Made by a program: the position numbers and the translations under genes. Positions 23,015 through 36,080 of a DNA stretch of 36,156 nt are shown here, piece by piece (position 1 is the stretch's first letter; each line of letters begins with the position of its first letter). The notes beneath the pieces are model-generated. The model was given only the letters and a program-made list of their open reading frames with translations, did not search any database and was not told the DNA's origin. Source of the stretch: Octopus sinensis (lineage: Eukaryota); the NCBI RefSeq assembly GCF_006345805.1, contig NW_021836843.1:1-36156 (forward strand), in the 5' to 3' direction.

Positions 23015-23200
23015 TTGACCGCTAGCTCCAAAAGTTGTTTTTTTTTAATTCTCTCTCTTTATTTCCTCGTGTTCCGTTCTGTTGAAGATCGTAGGCTCGA
23101 AACGTAAAAGACCTTCTCACCTTTCCGTGTGTTAAACAAATACCCCTGTTTGTTGTTTATACACCTGTCTTCGTCTTTTGCTTATCTGTAAATTTCAACA
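23015..23200 (+). mobile_element. Short Penelope-LTR-like repeat with hammerhead-like core
   Basis: CTGTTGAAGATCGTAGGCTCGAAACGT at ~23079-23105; homolog on the minus strand at 32930-33125. Confidence 0.5.
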
Positions 23201-23409
23201 ATGTATATATATAAATATACATATACATGCATGTATGTATATATTGAAAGTGATCTACTATTGACTAGTTTCCTATCTTCTTAGGCCAGCATCACAGAAA
23301 AATCCTGTGAACAAAAGAGGGGTTTCTTTGTACGTTTGATCAGTGTTGCAGAAGGCTTGACAAAAGTCATGACGATCCCGATTTTTTTTTTCTGTCCACA
23401 GAAATATTA

Positions 23410-23793
23410 AAGGCGGCGAACTTGCAAAAACGTTAGCACGCCGGGCGAAATGCGTAGCCGTATTTCGTCTGCCGTTACGTTCTGAGTTCAAATGCCGCCG
23501 AGGTCGACTTTGCCTTTCATCCTTTCGGGGTCGATTAAATAAGTACCAGCTACGCACTGGGGTCGATATAATCGACTTAATCCGTTTGTCTGTCCTTGTT
23601 TGTCCCCTCTATGTTTAGCCCCTTGTGGATAGTAAAGAAATAGGTCTTTCGTCTGTCTTTAAGTTCTGAGTTCAAATTCCTCCGAGGTCGACTTTGCCTT
23701 TCATTCTTTCGAGGTCGATAAATTAAGTACCAGTTATGCACTGGAGTCGATGGTCCCCTCTATGTTTATTCCCTTGTAGGCAATAAAGAAATA
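23410..23793 (+). mobile_element. SINE family A with two bodies
   Basis: Head AAGGCGGCGAAC; second body from ~23645; imperfect TSD AGAAATATTAAAG / AGAAATATCAAAG. Confidence 0.85.
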
Positions 23794-25183
23794 AGAAATA
23801 TCAAAGCCAGCTATAGGTTTGATCGCACGATCTTATGTATACCAATGTTGCGGAATACCTAGATTTACCGATTGAGATATAGATCAAACACCACACACTG
23901 GTGTACTTAGACTAGGAAGACAGATTTCCAGAAGATGACGATGGCGACGATGGCGACGATGATGATGAAAGATATAACGATGGGAGGGGGGTTATGGTGG
24001 CAGTGATCATGATGATGATGACAGAGGCAAGAGGTAAGAAACCTGAAGTAAAGGCGGTAGAAGATGGAAGATGTTGTACAGTAAATGATATCTGACTTCC
24101 GGCTGTTTATATTGTTGGTATTTGGTTAGATTAAGTCTGTTAATCACTTCTCTCAGTGACAATTAATTGATAATCACTTGATACGATTAACATGGTCAAT
24201 GTATTTATTTATAAGTGGGAGGGTTGTGTGGGGGGGGTACGGGTGGTGGCAGCAGCAGAGGTGATGGCAGAGGTAGTGATAGTGGTGGTGGTGGTGGTGG
24301 TGGTTTTGGTGTTTAGTGGTGGTGGTGTCTCTGCTAGATTGAATTGTTGACGTGGTGTGAGAAGTGAGTAATGGTGTGAAATGTGGATTATCTAAAGTAT
24401 TTCATACACACACACACAGATAGGTACACACATACACACACTGACACATACACACATGCATACTTGCACTCGTACACGCACACATTGGTACAACTTCAGG
24501 TACACATACACTTACATATACACAGTTTCACACTCTCACACATACACACTCACTATAAATGATTGTGTGTGTGTGTGCGTGTGTGTGTCTTTGAGCATGT
24601 AAGCTTATTTTTTAGTATGTACGTGTATGAGAATGCATATGTATGCAAACAATTTATGTGTGTATGAGTGTGAACGTTCTGTAGGTTTGTGCCCATTGCC
24701 TGCTCTGACCCTTCCATTCCTGGAGAGAGGGACAATGCGCATAGCCTTCACATACACACCCTATCACCCCTCTTGGAGGAATAGCCAATGCCCACGGCCT
24801 TCACAAACCCGCCACCAACAATCCTGGAGGAAGGAGTAGTGCCGCTGGCTCTTGCAGAGTCTCCGCATTCTGAAGAAAAGGTTTACTGCCATCGCCTTCA
24901 CAGACACTTTCCAGTTTACGAAGAAGGACCAACACACATTGCTCGTGGTTTTCATAGATTCTCTAAGTACTGGGGGAGGGGGCAATACCTGTTACTCGTT
25001 GTCAATGGCCCGTTGGCCGTTGCCCGTGGCCTTCACTGACGTTTCTAGGTCAGTGAGATCGATTCAGTTGATGTATCTTTTAAACATTCACAAACCAATG
25101 GCTTTATAAAAGGCAAACCGTGGGTAAGAATTGAGTTCCAGTGGTGATATCATATACAGGTTTGTATATGATATCACATAGGG

Positions 25184-25426
25184 CCGGTTTCCCGGTTTCC
25201 CTGGCGTATAGGTTCCTCACCTGGACGAGACGCCGGTCCGTCCCACGTGAGCTGCATGATGCAGGAGGAAAGAGTGAGAGAAAGTTGTGGCGAAAGAGTC
25301 AGCAGAAGTTCGCCATTACCTTCCGCCGGAGCCGCGTGGAGATTAGGTGTTTCGCTCATAAACACACACATCGCCCGGCCTGAGATTCGAACCCACTGCT
25401 GTAACCACTAGGCCATGTGCCTCCAC
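25184..25426 (-). mobile_element. SINE family C-related copy with a different tail and a deletion in the head
   Basis: Shared CCGGAGCC.CGTGGAG..TAGGTGTTTCGCTCA; TSD ATATCACATAGGG at 25171-25183 and 25427-25439. Confidence 0.8.
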
Positions 25427-26157
25427 ATATCACATAGGGATGTGGAAACCCAGTTGTAATGGTTAGTGTGTTCGTGAGATGGAGAACACCATGTAGTTAA
25501 TGAGAACATGTGAGCCTGTCTTCAGTGCCTAACTTCAAATAACAGGCAGCCAACCATGCCCAATGGATTGAGCCTTTCGTAGTGATGATACCAAAGGCAG
25601 AGAGAAATGGCATCATGTCTACAGAGCTGAGTTTGGACTGTGTTATTGAATAACATGAATGAATCAGTTGGCAGCCTTTCATTTATGCGCATATGTGCAC
25701 GTTGCTTGTGTTGTTATTCTTGTTGTTGTTATGGTTCTTTTGCACTAGGTCACCCCTAATGAGTCAAATCTATACTCAAAGACATTCCACGCAAAAGCCC
25801 TCACGTCCTATTTGTCAGATATCGTATATCTTGGACAATATTATCCCACGTAAAAGCACATTATCCAATGCGTTTTTACAATGTGCAATATGTTGTGTGA
25901 GAAGAATTTGGCTGCTATTTCTATCTAGGTATAACTATCAAACTTAATAATACATGATTTTATAGTTAAGCAGTTCGCTTTGCAGTTTTACTGCCTGGAA
26001 CTCCCATAGTTTCGAGCTGTTCAATATCTTGTATGTGGAATTTGGCTGCCAGAAGCTGTTCAGTATCCCGTTTGATGGGTCACCACTTAATCCGAGACAC
26101 TTGTTAGCATTACCTCCTGGTCATATTCTATTTCACTGACGTGTGAAATGTCTGCCA

Positions 26158-26303
26158 TAGGCGCAATGGCTGTGTGGTAAGAAGCATGCTCTCCAACCAC
26201 ATGGTTCTGGGTTCAGTCCCACTGTGTGACACCTTGAGGAAGTGTCTTCTACTTGAGTTTCGGGCCAACCAAAACCTTGTGAGTGAATTTGGTAAGATGG
26301 AAA

Positions 26304-26359
<56 letters not shown>

Positions 26360-26620
26360 TGTGTGTGCGTGTGTGTGTGTGCGTGTGTGCGCGTGTGTGT
26401 GCGTGCGTATTTATGTGTGTGTCTTTGTGTCTGTTTGTACCCCTTCCATCATCGCTTGCAAACCGATTTTGATGTGTTTACGTCACCGTAACTTAGCGGT
26501 CCGGTTAAAGATACCCATAGAATAAGTACTAGGCTTACAAAGAATACGTCTGCGCTGTGGGACTGAACCCAAGCCTAGATTCTTGGGAAGCAAAGCTTCT
26601 CCACCACACAGCCACACTTG
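26158..26620 (+). mobile_element. SINE family B with expanded (GT)n, 3' truncated and joined to an inverted head fragment
   Basis: Head at 26158; body to TACAAAGAATA ~26545; then minus-strand head GTGGGACTGAACCC...CCACACAGCCAC. Confidence 0.75.
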
Positions 26621-26659
26621 CGTCCATATTATGGATTTTAATAACAAAATAATTCAAAT

Positions 26660-26865
26660 TTTTGGCACAGGGCCAACAATTTTAATGGGAATCGATTACA
26701 TCAACCCAGTGCTGAGATGAAACTTATTTTATCGACCCTGAAAAGATGAAAGGTGATGTCGACCTCGGGCTCATTAGAACTTTTAAAAAAAAGCGATACA
26801 GGCAGATGAAATGCTGCTAAACTGTCCGTCAGACGTACATAGGATCCAGTCAGCTCGCGGCCTTT
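26660..26865 (-). mobile_element. SINE family A, old diverged copy
   Basis: ATCGACCCTGAAAAGATGAAAGG...GTCGACCTCGG...CAGCTCGCGGCCTT. Confidence 0.7.
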
Positions 26866-27759
26866 TAAATTTATGAAATAATAATAAAGAATAATTGAAA
26901 AGAATTGTGTCTGCCTTTCCACAGCTACACTGAGGTGGCCAACGAGTATTTGATTTTATTGGAATCTCTAAGATTGTCATTTTTTTTCTTTGCCTGAAAG
27001 TTGCAAGTTTTCAATATTACCAATTACAAACTATGTATGAAACATGATGGCCTGATGCAGAAATTGATCAAACGTGTAAACGCAATTTCAAAATCTGGCA
27101 AGAGGGGCTGCGATTTCAAAAGCGGTTGTCCCTATAAATAGTCTTTTATTTACTGATTTTGAAAGAAATGTTCGCATCCGTTGAGTAACTTGGCCTCTGC
27201 AACAGTGAGGCATTTTTCCTTTCTTATTCCAAACAACTATAACAGACCTGCTGCCGCTTCTGCCGCCGCCGCTACTGTTGATGATGATGATGATGATGAT
27301 GATGATGCAACCGCCGTCCTTACCGCCATCGCCGCCATCTCTAACGCTGTCGCCATTGTCCCTGCTGCTTATGTGGGGATGGTGGTAGTTGTTGTAGTTG
27401 CTGGTGTTGTTGTTGTTTAACAGCAGAACCAGCGAGCATAGAACGGGTTAAAAGGCTTTCTTTCGGCTGAATGAATATCCTTCTCGTTTGAGAATCACTG
27501 GGAACATTGTTGAAGGTGTTACACAGTGATTTACCAACTTCCCGTCATACAGAGAGAGGAGAAACACACAGACAGACAGACAGAGACAAAGAGAGAGAGA
27601 GAGAGAGAGGGAGGTGGAGTTGATAAAAGAGTGATGTGTAAAAGAGTGGTGGGGTCGTTTACCGAAACCAGTGACACTCTGCAATCAAGTACCATTGGTC
27701 TTCCATAAGTGGTATCAATGCGTGCACTAAAAGCGTGACTTGGCTCTCCGTCAGCTGAC

Positions 27760-27990
27760 CTTGTTCAAGCCCAATGTCTGATGGACAGACTTTCGTGAAG
27801 CCAACTGCAAGTCAGTTGTTGCTTCAATATGCTTTCCTAAACCCGAGCATGCGGACTGGACAGAGGTACGGATCCGAGTTCGAGGCCCGTTGACGTGTAA
27901 CTTCGCGTAAGCTCGTAGTAAAGAAATAGGTGATATGTTAAGGATCTGGTTGAACTTTTGCCACACTGGGATACCGTACTTGAAACCCAT
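27760..27990 (-). CDS. Possible first coding exon of an unknown gene (basic, transit-peptide-like N-terminus)
   Basis: Non-repetitive ORF MGFKYGIPVWQK...GLNK; acceptor-like TTTTGCGTTTCAG ending at 28052; donor-like AAG|GTCAGC at 27760/27759. No recognised homology. Confidence 0.25.
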
Positions 27991-28581
27991 GTCAGCAAGT
28001 TCAAAGAATGCTAGTGAAAAGGAGGAAGGCTACAGGCACATTATTTGTCATCTGAAACGCAAAATGAATTTATTTCGCTTTGCTCTGATCTCGTTTTGAA
28101 ACACATAGTCTTTGAAAGATCAAAGACAAAATATTATTCAATAATGGCTGATGTAATAACTGATTCCATACATATTGAACAGACAACATTTATCATACGT
28201 TTCCGCTAAAATATAGATTGTGTGTTTAAGAATCAAGAAAGATGTTTATCTTCTGAAGACTTTGTGAGAAAACATGTTCTGAGATTGCAAACATGATAAA
28301 AGAAACAATGAATAAAATTGGCATTTTCTTTTAAAGATGAAAAAACATAGAATCATTCTATGATATCTTGTAATAAATATATAATTAAAATTATACTGCA
28401 GTTTTTAAATAATTATTGGATGGGCGATTCTAAAGTAGTCTTGTTCTATCGATAGCCCTGGCCTGTAATAGGTAATGCATATCCTTGTACTTGCATTTCA
28501 ATTACACACAGTAACAAAATATAACACACTCACCATCGGGCACACACACATGCATTCACGAACCTTATATAGGAAGCCATT

Positions 28582-29000
28582 AAGGCGGCGAGCTGGCAGA
28601 AACGTTAGCGCGCCGGGCGTAATGCTTAGCGGTATTTCGTCTGTCGTTACGTTCTGAGTTCAAATTCCGCCGAGGTCGACTTTGCCTTTCATCCTTTCGG
28701 GGTCGATTAAATAAAGTACCAGTTTCGCACTGGGGTCGATGTAATCGATTTAATCCCTTTGTCTGTCCTTGTTTGTCCCCTCTATGTTTAGCCCCTTGTA
28801 AGTATTAAAGAAATAAGTATTTCGTCTGTCGTTACGTTCTGAGTTCAAATTCCGCCGAGGTCGACTTTGCCTTTCATCCTTTCGGGGTCGATTAAATAAA
28901 GTACCAGTTTCGTACTGGGGTCGATGTAATCAATTTAATCCCTTTGTCTGTCCTTGTTTGTCCCCTCTATGTTTAGCCCCTTGTGGGTAATAAAGAAATA
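28582..29000 (+). mobile_element. SINE family A with two near-identical bodies
   Basis: Head AAGGCGGCGAGCTGGCAGAAACG; ~184-bp body repeated from GTATTTCGTCTGTCG. Confidence 0.9.
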
Positions 29001-29064
29001 TATATAGGAATTCTTTATTAAGAAAGCAAAATATCATTACAAATGTAGACATTATATATATCTT

Positions 29065-29440
29065 TTATTTTTTATTTATTTCAGTCACTAGACTGCGGCC
29101 ATGCTAGGGCACCACCTTGAAGGACTTTAGACAAACGAATCGAATCCAATACTTTTTTTTTTTACTTATTCTATCGGTTTCTTTGGCTGAACCGCTACGT
29201 TATAGGGAGGCAAACGCATCAACACCGGTTATCAAGCCATGGTGGGGAGAACAAACACTGACAAGAAGTCACACTCACATGGATATATATATATATATAC
29301 TATAGGCTTCTTTCAGTTTCCTCCTACCAGTTGGCCCGAGGCTATAATAGAAGACACTTGCCCAAGGTGCCACACAGTGGGACTGAACCCGGAAGCATGG
29401 TGGTTGCGAAGCATACTTCTTACCATACAGCCACGCCTGT
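29065..29440 (-). mobile_element. SINE family B, diverged
   Basis: TTTCAGTCA..GACTGCGGCCATGCT...GTGGGACTGAACCC...ACAGCCACGCCT. Confidence 0.8.
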
Positions 29441-29499
29441 ACCTATATAATCTTTATATATTATATTATATTTAAATATTATATTTATTATATCATTGA

Positions 29500-29850
29500 T
29501 TAGCAGTATCGCCCGGCGTTGCTCGGGTTTGTTTCGACCCCTTAGAATTAGAATTTTTGAAAAGTAAAAATTTTCCATTATGTAGCTTGTTATTCTCTTT
29601 AAGTGAACATATTTCTGGTTGAAATTTACCGAAAAATGGCGACACAGCAGTCAAAAAAATTGTTAAAAATAGGGAATTTCATAGAAAAAAAAAAACACAT
29701 TTTTGATGTAAATAATTTTTGGTGTTAACATTGTCCGATTTAATTTTTTTTCTTTTTCGGAAGGAAGAGCAAGCCTTCTATCATACTCTCAATTTTGGTC
29801 AACTTGCTACCAGACCTGCCATACACAGACAACTTCAGCTTTATATAGAG
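29500..29850 (-). mobile_element. Non-autonomous Helitron, copy 3, internally deleted
   Basis: Homologous to 532-919; terminal CTAG mutated (plus strand TTAG). Confidence 0.72.
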
Positions 29851-29853
29851 AGA

Positions 29854-30004
<151 letters not shown>

Positions 30005-30582
30005 CATACATACATACATACATACATACATACATACGTACACACACATATATGATTATAACACATATATAAACACACATGCACGCGCGCGCACGCACAT
30101 TCGTTAATGGAATACGATTTTTCCTAACTCCAATACTGGCGGAGCAGCATATACATGGACACTAAACTAGTTTAAGCAAACAAAACACACCCACACAAAC
30201 AATGCACGAAAATATATTAATGTTGTATAAATTAGCGACTTCAAAGATATTTACAATTTGATTATTGATATCTCCAAACAGAATAAAACGTTTAAATGAA
30301 AATAAATAATTGAAATAAGTAAATTATGAATTATTTGCCTATAAAAATTAATAAGCTCCAATTTTATATAAACTTTGGTTCAGAACCACTGATCGGAAAA
30401 ATTTTTATCGGGTAAAATATTTACAGTTTAGAAAATTAGTAGAAGATGGATGCGGTCTATTCTGCACCCAGGTGCAAGGAAAATAGTCGAGAACAAAACC
30501 TAGATTAAGATCAGAGGTTTGTTGATTTGATGAAGGCCTGTGACACGGTGAATAAGCATGCAATATGGTAGGTCTTGCGTAA

Positions 30583-30905
30583 GCCGACTAAAGCCTTCTG
30601 AGTGGATTTGGTAGACGGAAACTGAAAGAAGCCCGTCGTATGTGTGTGTGTGTGTGTCTGTGTTTGTGTGTATCTGTGTGTATCTGTGTGTGTGTGTGTG
30701 TGTGTGTGTATGTTTGTCTCCCACCATCACTTAACAACCAATGTTGTTGTGTTTAGGTCCCTGTCACTTAGCGGTTCGGCAACAGATATCGATAGAATAA
30801 GTACTAGGCTTACAAAGAACAAGTTCTGGTGTCGATTTGTTCGACTAAAGGCGGTGCTCCAGCATGGCCACAGTCAAATGACTGAAATAAGTAAAATAAT
30901 GAAAG
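30583..30905 (+). mobile_element. SINE family B, 5' truncated
   Basis: GAGTGGATTTGGTAGACGGAAACTGAAAGAAGCCCGTCG...CAGCATGGCCACAGTCAAATGACTGAAA. Confidence 0.82.
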
Positions 30906-30919
30906 ACTAGAAGGATATA

Positions 30920-31940
30920 TAGGGCGCGGTGAATAAACTGTCGTCTAAATTATGCAAAAATGAGAATAACACTGACATCTCATTTTAACAGATCTATTTA
31001 CCAAAATTACATAAAAATATCTTAAAATACTAAAGAGTAAATTTATTCAATAAAGTCAACCACAGCCTCCAGACGACTAGAATCTTCTGCGACTCTTCTG
31101 GATGGTCTCCTTGTCTAAGTTGGTGAATGCTGCCATAATCCTTGCATTCAGTTCGTCTTTGGAGTTACAAGGAGTTTTGGTTGTCTCTCGATCAACTGCG
31201 CCTCACACATAATCAAGAGGGTTGCAGTCTGGGGAGTTTTGTGGCCAGATGTTCCGGGTAGTGTGGTTGCAGAAATTGTCTGACAGCCATGACTGGGTTC
31301 TCCTGCTTGTGTGACATGGTGCAGAGTCTTTACCCAGGGCAGCACTACCTCCACCAAGCACTTGATGTAGGCCTCCGTGTTGAGTCTCAGGTCGTGTGGA
31401 AAGATGAATGGAAGCACAAGTGATCACTCCAAACCGTATCAGGACAATTACCCCCCGAGGACAATTACTTCCCATAAGACAATTCCCCTCGACGACAACT
31501 ACTCTCTAGAATCCCCCCTCCCTTTGGCTAATTACCCTCTCTCTAATAAATTAAGAAATTTTAGATCATCTGTTGTCTTCAGGGTTAATTGTCCTTGGTG
31601 GTTATTGTCCGTGGTGGTGGTGGGGGGGGGTTAACTGTCTTAGACTCCTCTAAACTAGATGCTTGATTTTTATCACTCGCGGTACCTGTCCTCAGAGTGC
31701 ACTCTTCTCAGATTGACACCCATACATTCTGAAATATTCGTATCGGAGCTTCCGACGCGAATGCCAAGCAACACAGAACATCGTTTCCAAATTTCTAGCA
31801 GAATGAATTGCGTCTTGGTGCTGTTTTTCTCACAGACGGTGCCCAAGTGACCCTACTATACAGTGTAGTCTACAAAATCAAAAACAAACAATGCGCAGGC
31901 GCAAAATTAAAAATGTAAAATGGCGACAATTTACCCATCA
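30920..31940 (-). mobile_element. Tc1/mariner superfamily DD37D (maT-type) transposon, internally deleted relic
   Basis: DSAPCH...WPQNSPDCNPLDY with 37 residues between the Asps; C-terminal KDELNARIMAAF; N-terminal remnant EIWKRCSVLLGIRVG; imperfect TIRs ~30928-30945 and 31922-31939. Confidence 0.8.
31436..31647. mobile_element. Foldback-type MITE with modular GACAATTACCCC repeats, nested in the maT relic
   Basis: About four GACAA(T/C)T motifs on the left, three inverted (AATTGTCC-like) on the right; flanks CTCCAAAC / CTCTAAAC may be a TSD. Confidence 0.55.
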
Positions 31941-32814
31941 ACAACTGAGGGGGAGTTAGACTTCTTTTGGTATTTTGTCCCATATTTTTCTTTCGTTGTG
32001 TGTTTACGTATTTTTCGCTCGTTGGAGATGCCCTGTACATAATATGTGTTTGTTTTCATTTTTCTGTAATAATTGAACGCCACGCAGCCTTTGTCAACAG
32101 TAAGTTTTACATTTATAAGTAACTTCTGCGACTTTGTTCTCTGCCTATTTTCTTTCTCTCTCCCTATCCCTCTATAATCTTCTATATTTCTTTACTCTCC
32201 TTCTTTCTTTGCTGTCTTTCGTCTGTCTTTCTTTCACTCTCTATCTTTCTTCCCTTCTCCCCACACCCTTTATTTCTTTCCTTCATCCTCTCCTTTGTCC
32301 CCCATCCCCTTTGCCTGTTGCTCACATGATTTCAGGTCATGTTTCTCGTCTCTCTCTCTCTCTGGCTTTTCTGGATGAGACGTCCAGCTAGCCAGACGTC
32401 ATTTCTCTCGCCTCTTTATATCTTTCTTTTCTATCTATTGTATATCCTTTAAAAATTTCTCCCAGGCGCTACCCATTACAATTCGCTTTGGCCTAATGAC
32501 CCTAAACGTCTGTCTTCGTCGATCGTTTCCATACGTCCACTCAGGTGTCGTTTATTCGTTCTAAGCCTTAACTCTCTACAAATTTTACATTTTAAAAATT
32601 TCTTGATGCTGATGTCTTATCAAGATTTCCTGTCTTGTCGTTAAAAGCACAAAACAGGTAGTAATAAACAGTCAACAACTGAGAATGAGTTAAACTTTTT
32701 TTGGTACTTTGTCCCGTACTTGTCTGCCGCAGTGTGTTTACATATTATTCGCTCGTTGCTGATGGCCTGTTCTTAAAATGTTATTTTTTTCATTTTTTTT
32801 AATAATTGAACACC
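31939..32814 (+). repeat. ~140-bp diverged direct repeats 734 bp apart (LTR- or pLTR-like)
   Basis: 31939-32081 versus 32673-32814: CAACAACTGAG...TTTGTCCC...GTGTGTTTAC...TTCGCTCGTTG...TAATAATTGAAC. Confidence 0.7.
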
Positions 32815-32929
32815 TATATATATATAATATATATATATATATATTCTATATATATATATATATACATACATATATATATATATATATATATTATATATAC
32901 ATACATATATAATATATATTATATATATA

Positions 32930-33125
32930 ACGGGAAGTTTTACGAAAATAAACAAAAGACGAAGGCAGGTGGAGTACAACAAATAATTGTATTAGTATAG
33001 CGCTCAGGAATAGAAATAGAAAAGTCCGTACGTTTCGAGCCTACGCTCTTCAACAGAAAGATACACAGAAAAAAAAACAAGGAGAGAAAAAAATGCGTGT
33101 AGGAGCTAACGATCTATCATGGCGT
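32930..33125 (-). mobile_element. Second copy of the Penelope-LTR-like repeat, within (TA)n
   Basis: Reverse complement CTGTTGAAGAGCGTAGGCTCGAAACGT at ~33030-33056. Confidence 0.5.
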
Positions 33126-33141
33126 CCTGATATATATTATA

Positions 33142-33246
<105 letters not shown>

Positions 33247-33514
33247 GAACCAACATCTTTTAAACTACTTGCTGAGGTTTCAGTAGCGGGAAGACCACTT
33301 CTATTTCCTTGACCGAAAAGTACAATACACCACAATCGTGAGACTACACCAATGCAATAAAAAGTTATGAATCTTTAATTCTAAAAAAAACTATGTAACT
33401 TAAATTAATCATTTTAGTCTTTAGATTTAAGACGTCTCTTGTTACCTGGATTTTCAGACATTTCAAGACACTTCCTTTCTTTCCCCACAGCCCTTTGTCA
33501 GTACCTCAAGCAGT

Positions 33515-34185
33515 ATTAGTAGTAGTAGTAGTAGTAGTAGTAGGAGGAGGAGGAGGAGGAGGAGGAGTGGTGGTAGTAGTAGTAGTAGTAGTAGTACTAG
33601 TAGTTGTAGTAGTAGTAGTAGCAGTAGTTGTAATAGTAGTAGTAAATCAGTCATTAAGATAGTAAATTTTAGTTTCTATTCCATCAGCTGTTTCATCGCC
33701 AGTGACAGCTGGACTAGAAAAGTTGTTCTTCGCGAGAACACTACGTGTGTTACCAATAACGCCGCATGGCCACCACCGCCACTACTACCACCACAGCCAC
33801 TAACACCACCTCTACCAACACAACAAAAACACCAATACCGCCACCACCATCATCACCACTACTACCACAACCGTTACATGTGTCGTCACCACCCGCTGTA
33901 CAAGTCCACCGTGAGCACCACCACAGTCACTGTGTCTTTCACCAACCATTCTGTGCCATGCCAATACTGTAAAAGCTACCAGCACTACTACATCCAACAC
34001 GAACCGTACTACACAACAACCACCACCAACGATAATATCCCCTTCCACCCCCCGTCATCACCATCATCACCACCATCACCACCATCAGCAAATTTGATGG
34101 AAAATCAAGCTGAAAGTAAAAGCGTGGACAATGTCACCATATTGTTGTTGTTGTTGTTGTTGTTACTGCTGCTGCTGCTGCTGTT
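33515..34185. repeat. Trinucleotide low-complexity tracts: (TAG)n, (GAG)n, (CAC)n, (TTG)n, (CTG)n
   Basis: Visible directly. Confidence 0.85.
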
Positions 34186-34545
34186 GAGCGAACGGTCTTC
34201 GTCCCAGAAGAAGTCCGAAACGTGGTCCTTTGCTATTCGTAAGACCCGCAGAAGAGAGAAAGCAGGTCAACCCCTCGACACCGAGAGCATCGATGGATGG
34301 ATGAAATTGTATCCAGGCTCAGCGGTTGCGTAGGAAGTCGGGGGACAAGAAACAGGAAGAAAGAGAGAGAAAGAAAGTTGGAGTGAAAGAGTACAACAGG
34401 GGTCGCCACTACCCCCTGCCGGAGCCTCGTGGAGCTTTAGGTGTTTTCACTCAATAAACACACACAACGCGCAGTCTGGGAATCGAAACTGCGATCCTCC
34501 GACCGCGAGTCCGCTGCCCTAACCACTGGGCCATTGCGCCTTCAC
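34186..34545 (-). mobile_element. SINE family C head and body with a third type of tail
   Basis: 34345-34545 matches 18603-18805; 34186-34345 is unrelated to 18417-18600; tail ends in (CAG/CAA)n. Confidence 0.8.
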
Positions 34546-35000
34546 TGCTGTTGTTGTTGCTGTTTCGACCGTTGTCGTTAATGCTGCTGTTGTTATTGTT
34601 GTTGTTGTTGTTGTTGTTCTTGTTCTTCTTCTTCTTCTTCTTCTTCTTTCTTCTTTCTTCTTCTTCTTCTTCTTCTTCTTCTTCTTTCTTCTTCTTCTTC
34701 TTCTTCTTCTTCTTCTTCTTCTTCTTCTTTTTCTTCTTCTTCTTCTTCTTTCTTCTCCCCCCTCCCCTCCATTCCATTTCCTCCTTCACCTCCTCCTCAC
34801 CATCATCATACTTCTTTCTTCCCTCCTCTCTTCCGCCTCCACCACCATCTACTCCTCCGCTCTTCCTCTTCCTCCTCCACCTCCTTCTCCACCATCATCA
34901 TCCTTCTTTCTTCCCCCCTCCTCCTCCCCTCTTCCTCTTCCTTCTTCTTCTCTTCCTATTCCGCTTCCTCCTCCTCCTCCTTCTTGCTGCTGCTGCTGCT
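34546..35000. repeat. (TTG)n/(TTC)n/(CCT)n tract
   Basis: Visible directly. Confidence 0.9.
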
Positions 35001-35884
35001 GGTGTCAAGGTTTGGCTCTTTGCTACGTTCTCGGAAAATGGAATTTCGTTTCACAGTTCAGAAATAAAGGAACGCTACGAAGGCCAAAAGGGGTCAAAAC
35101 CTTATCGCAAGAACCCAATCATGGCTCCTATATCTAATTAATCAATTATTTGTTGTTGTTGTTTTTATATTTATTTTAATTAATTTATATATTTAACATG
35201 TTGCTTCACACACACCGGGTCATATTCAACGTCACAATTCATGAATCACATTTTCTCTCTCCCCCCTCCTCTTCTCTCCCCCCCTCTCTCAATCTCATTT
35301 CACTTTCGTCTTCCTCTTTTAACAGTTCTACGACTCGCTTCCTTTCTTTCTTCCTTTATTATTTCCTTCCTTCCTTCCTTCCTTCCCTCTTTGTCAGCCA
35401 CACAAGTCTGCGATGTTCCTCCATACACATCTTGCGGTTCCGCCCTCCCCCACCACGCTCTACCGATTCCGTAAAGAGGCTTAAATTAAACCGGAAACTT
35501 GAAAAAATATTGACCGAAAATCCTGGCTCGCATCGTCAAGACCAACGCACACACTTATTTCCGCGTAAGTATGCACACATGCATCTAAAGACACACACAC
35601 ACACGTATATACATACATACATACACACATACATACATACATACATACACACATATATCTACACACACACACACACTCACGCTCATAAACACATGCATAA
35701 TACACAATTTTCCATACGTGCTAATAATAACGGTAGGTGGCGCTGCAGGTAGGTTGGCAGCTTGGCAGGCTGTGTCGGTATAGGGCTGTTACTAGGCAAC
35801 CGTTCCTGGAAACAGGAAAAGAATCACAAAAAAACAAATGGAAACAAAATAAAAACATCTCATTCATTGATGAGTTACAAGTAA

Positions 35885-36080
35885 TGGATGGACGGGTGGA
35901 TGGATGGGTAGATTGAAGGGTGGACGGAAGGGTGGATGGATGGATGGATGGATGGATGGATGGATGGATGGATGGGTAGATGGGTGGATGGTGGATGACG
36001 GATGTGTGGGTGGGCGACGGGTGGATGTGCGCAAGAATGAATGAATGAATAAACGCGTGTTGGGTGGATGGATGGGTGGA
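35885..36080. repeat. (GGAT)n-type microsatellite
   Basis: Visible directly. Confidence 0.9.

Noticed and set aside
24085-24215. Enhancer-like cluster of ETS, Fox and homeobox motifs
   Set aside because: Short motifs are expected by chance in AT-rich DNA; no conservation data available.
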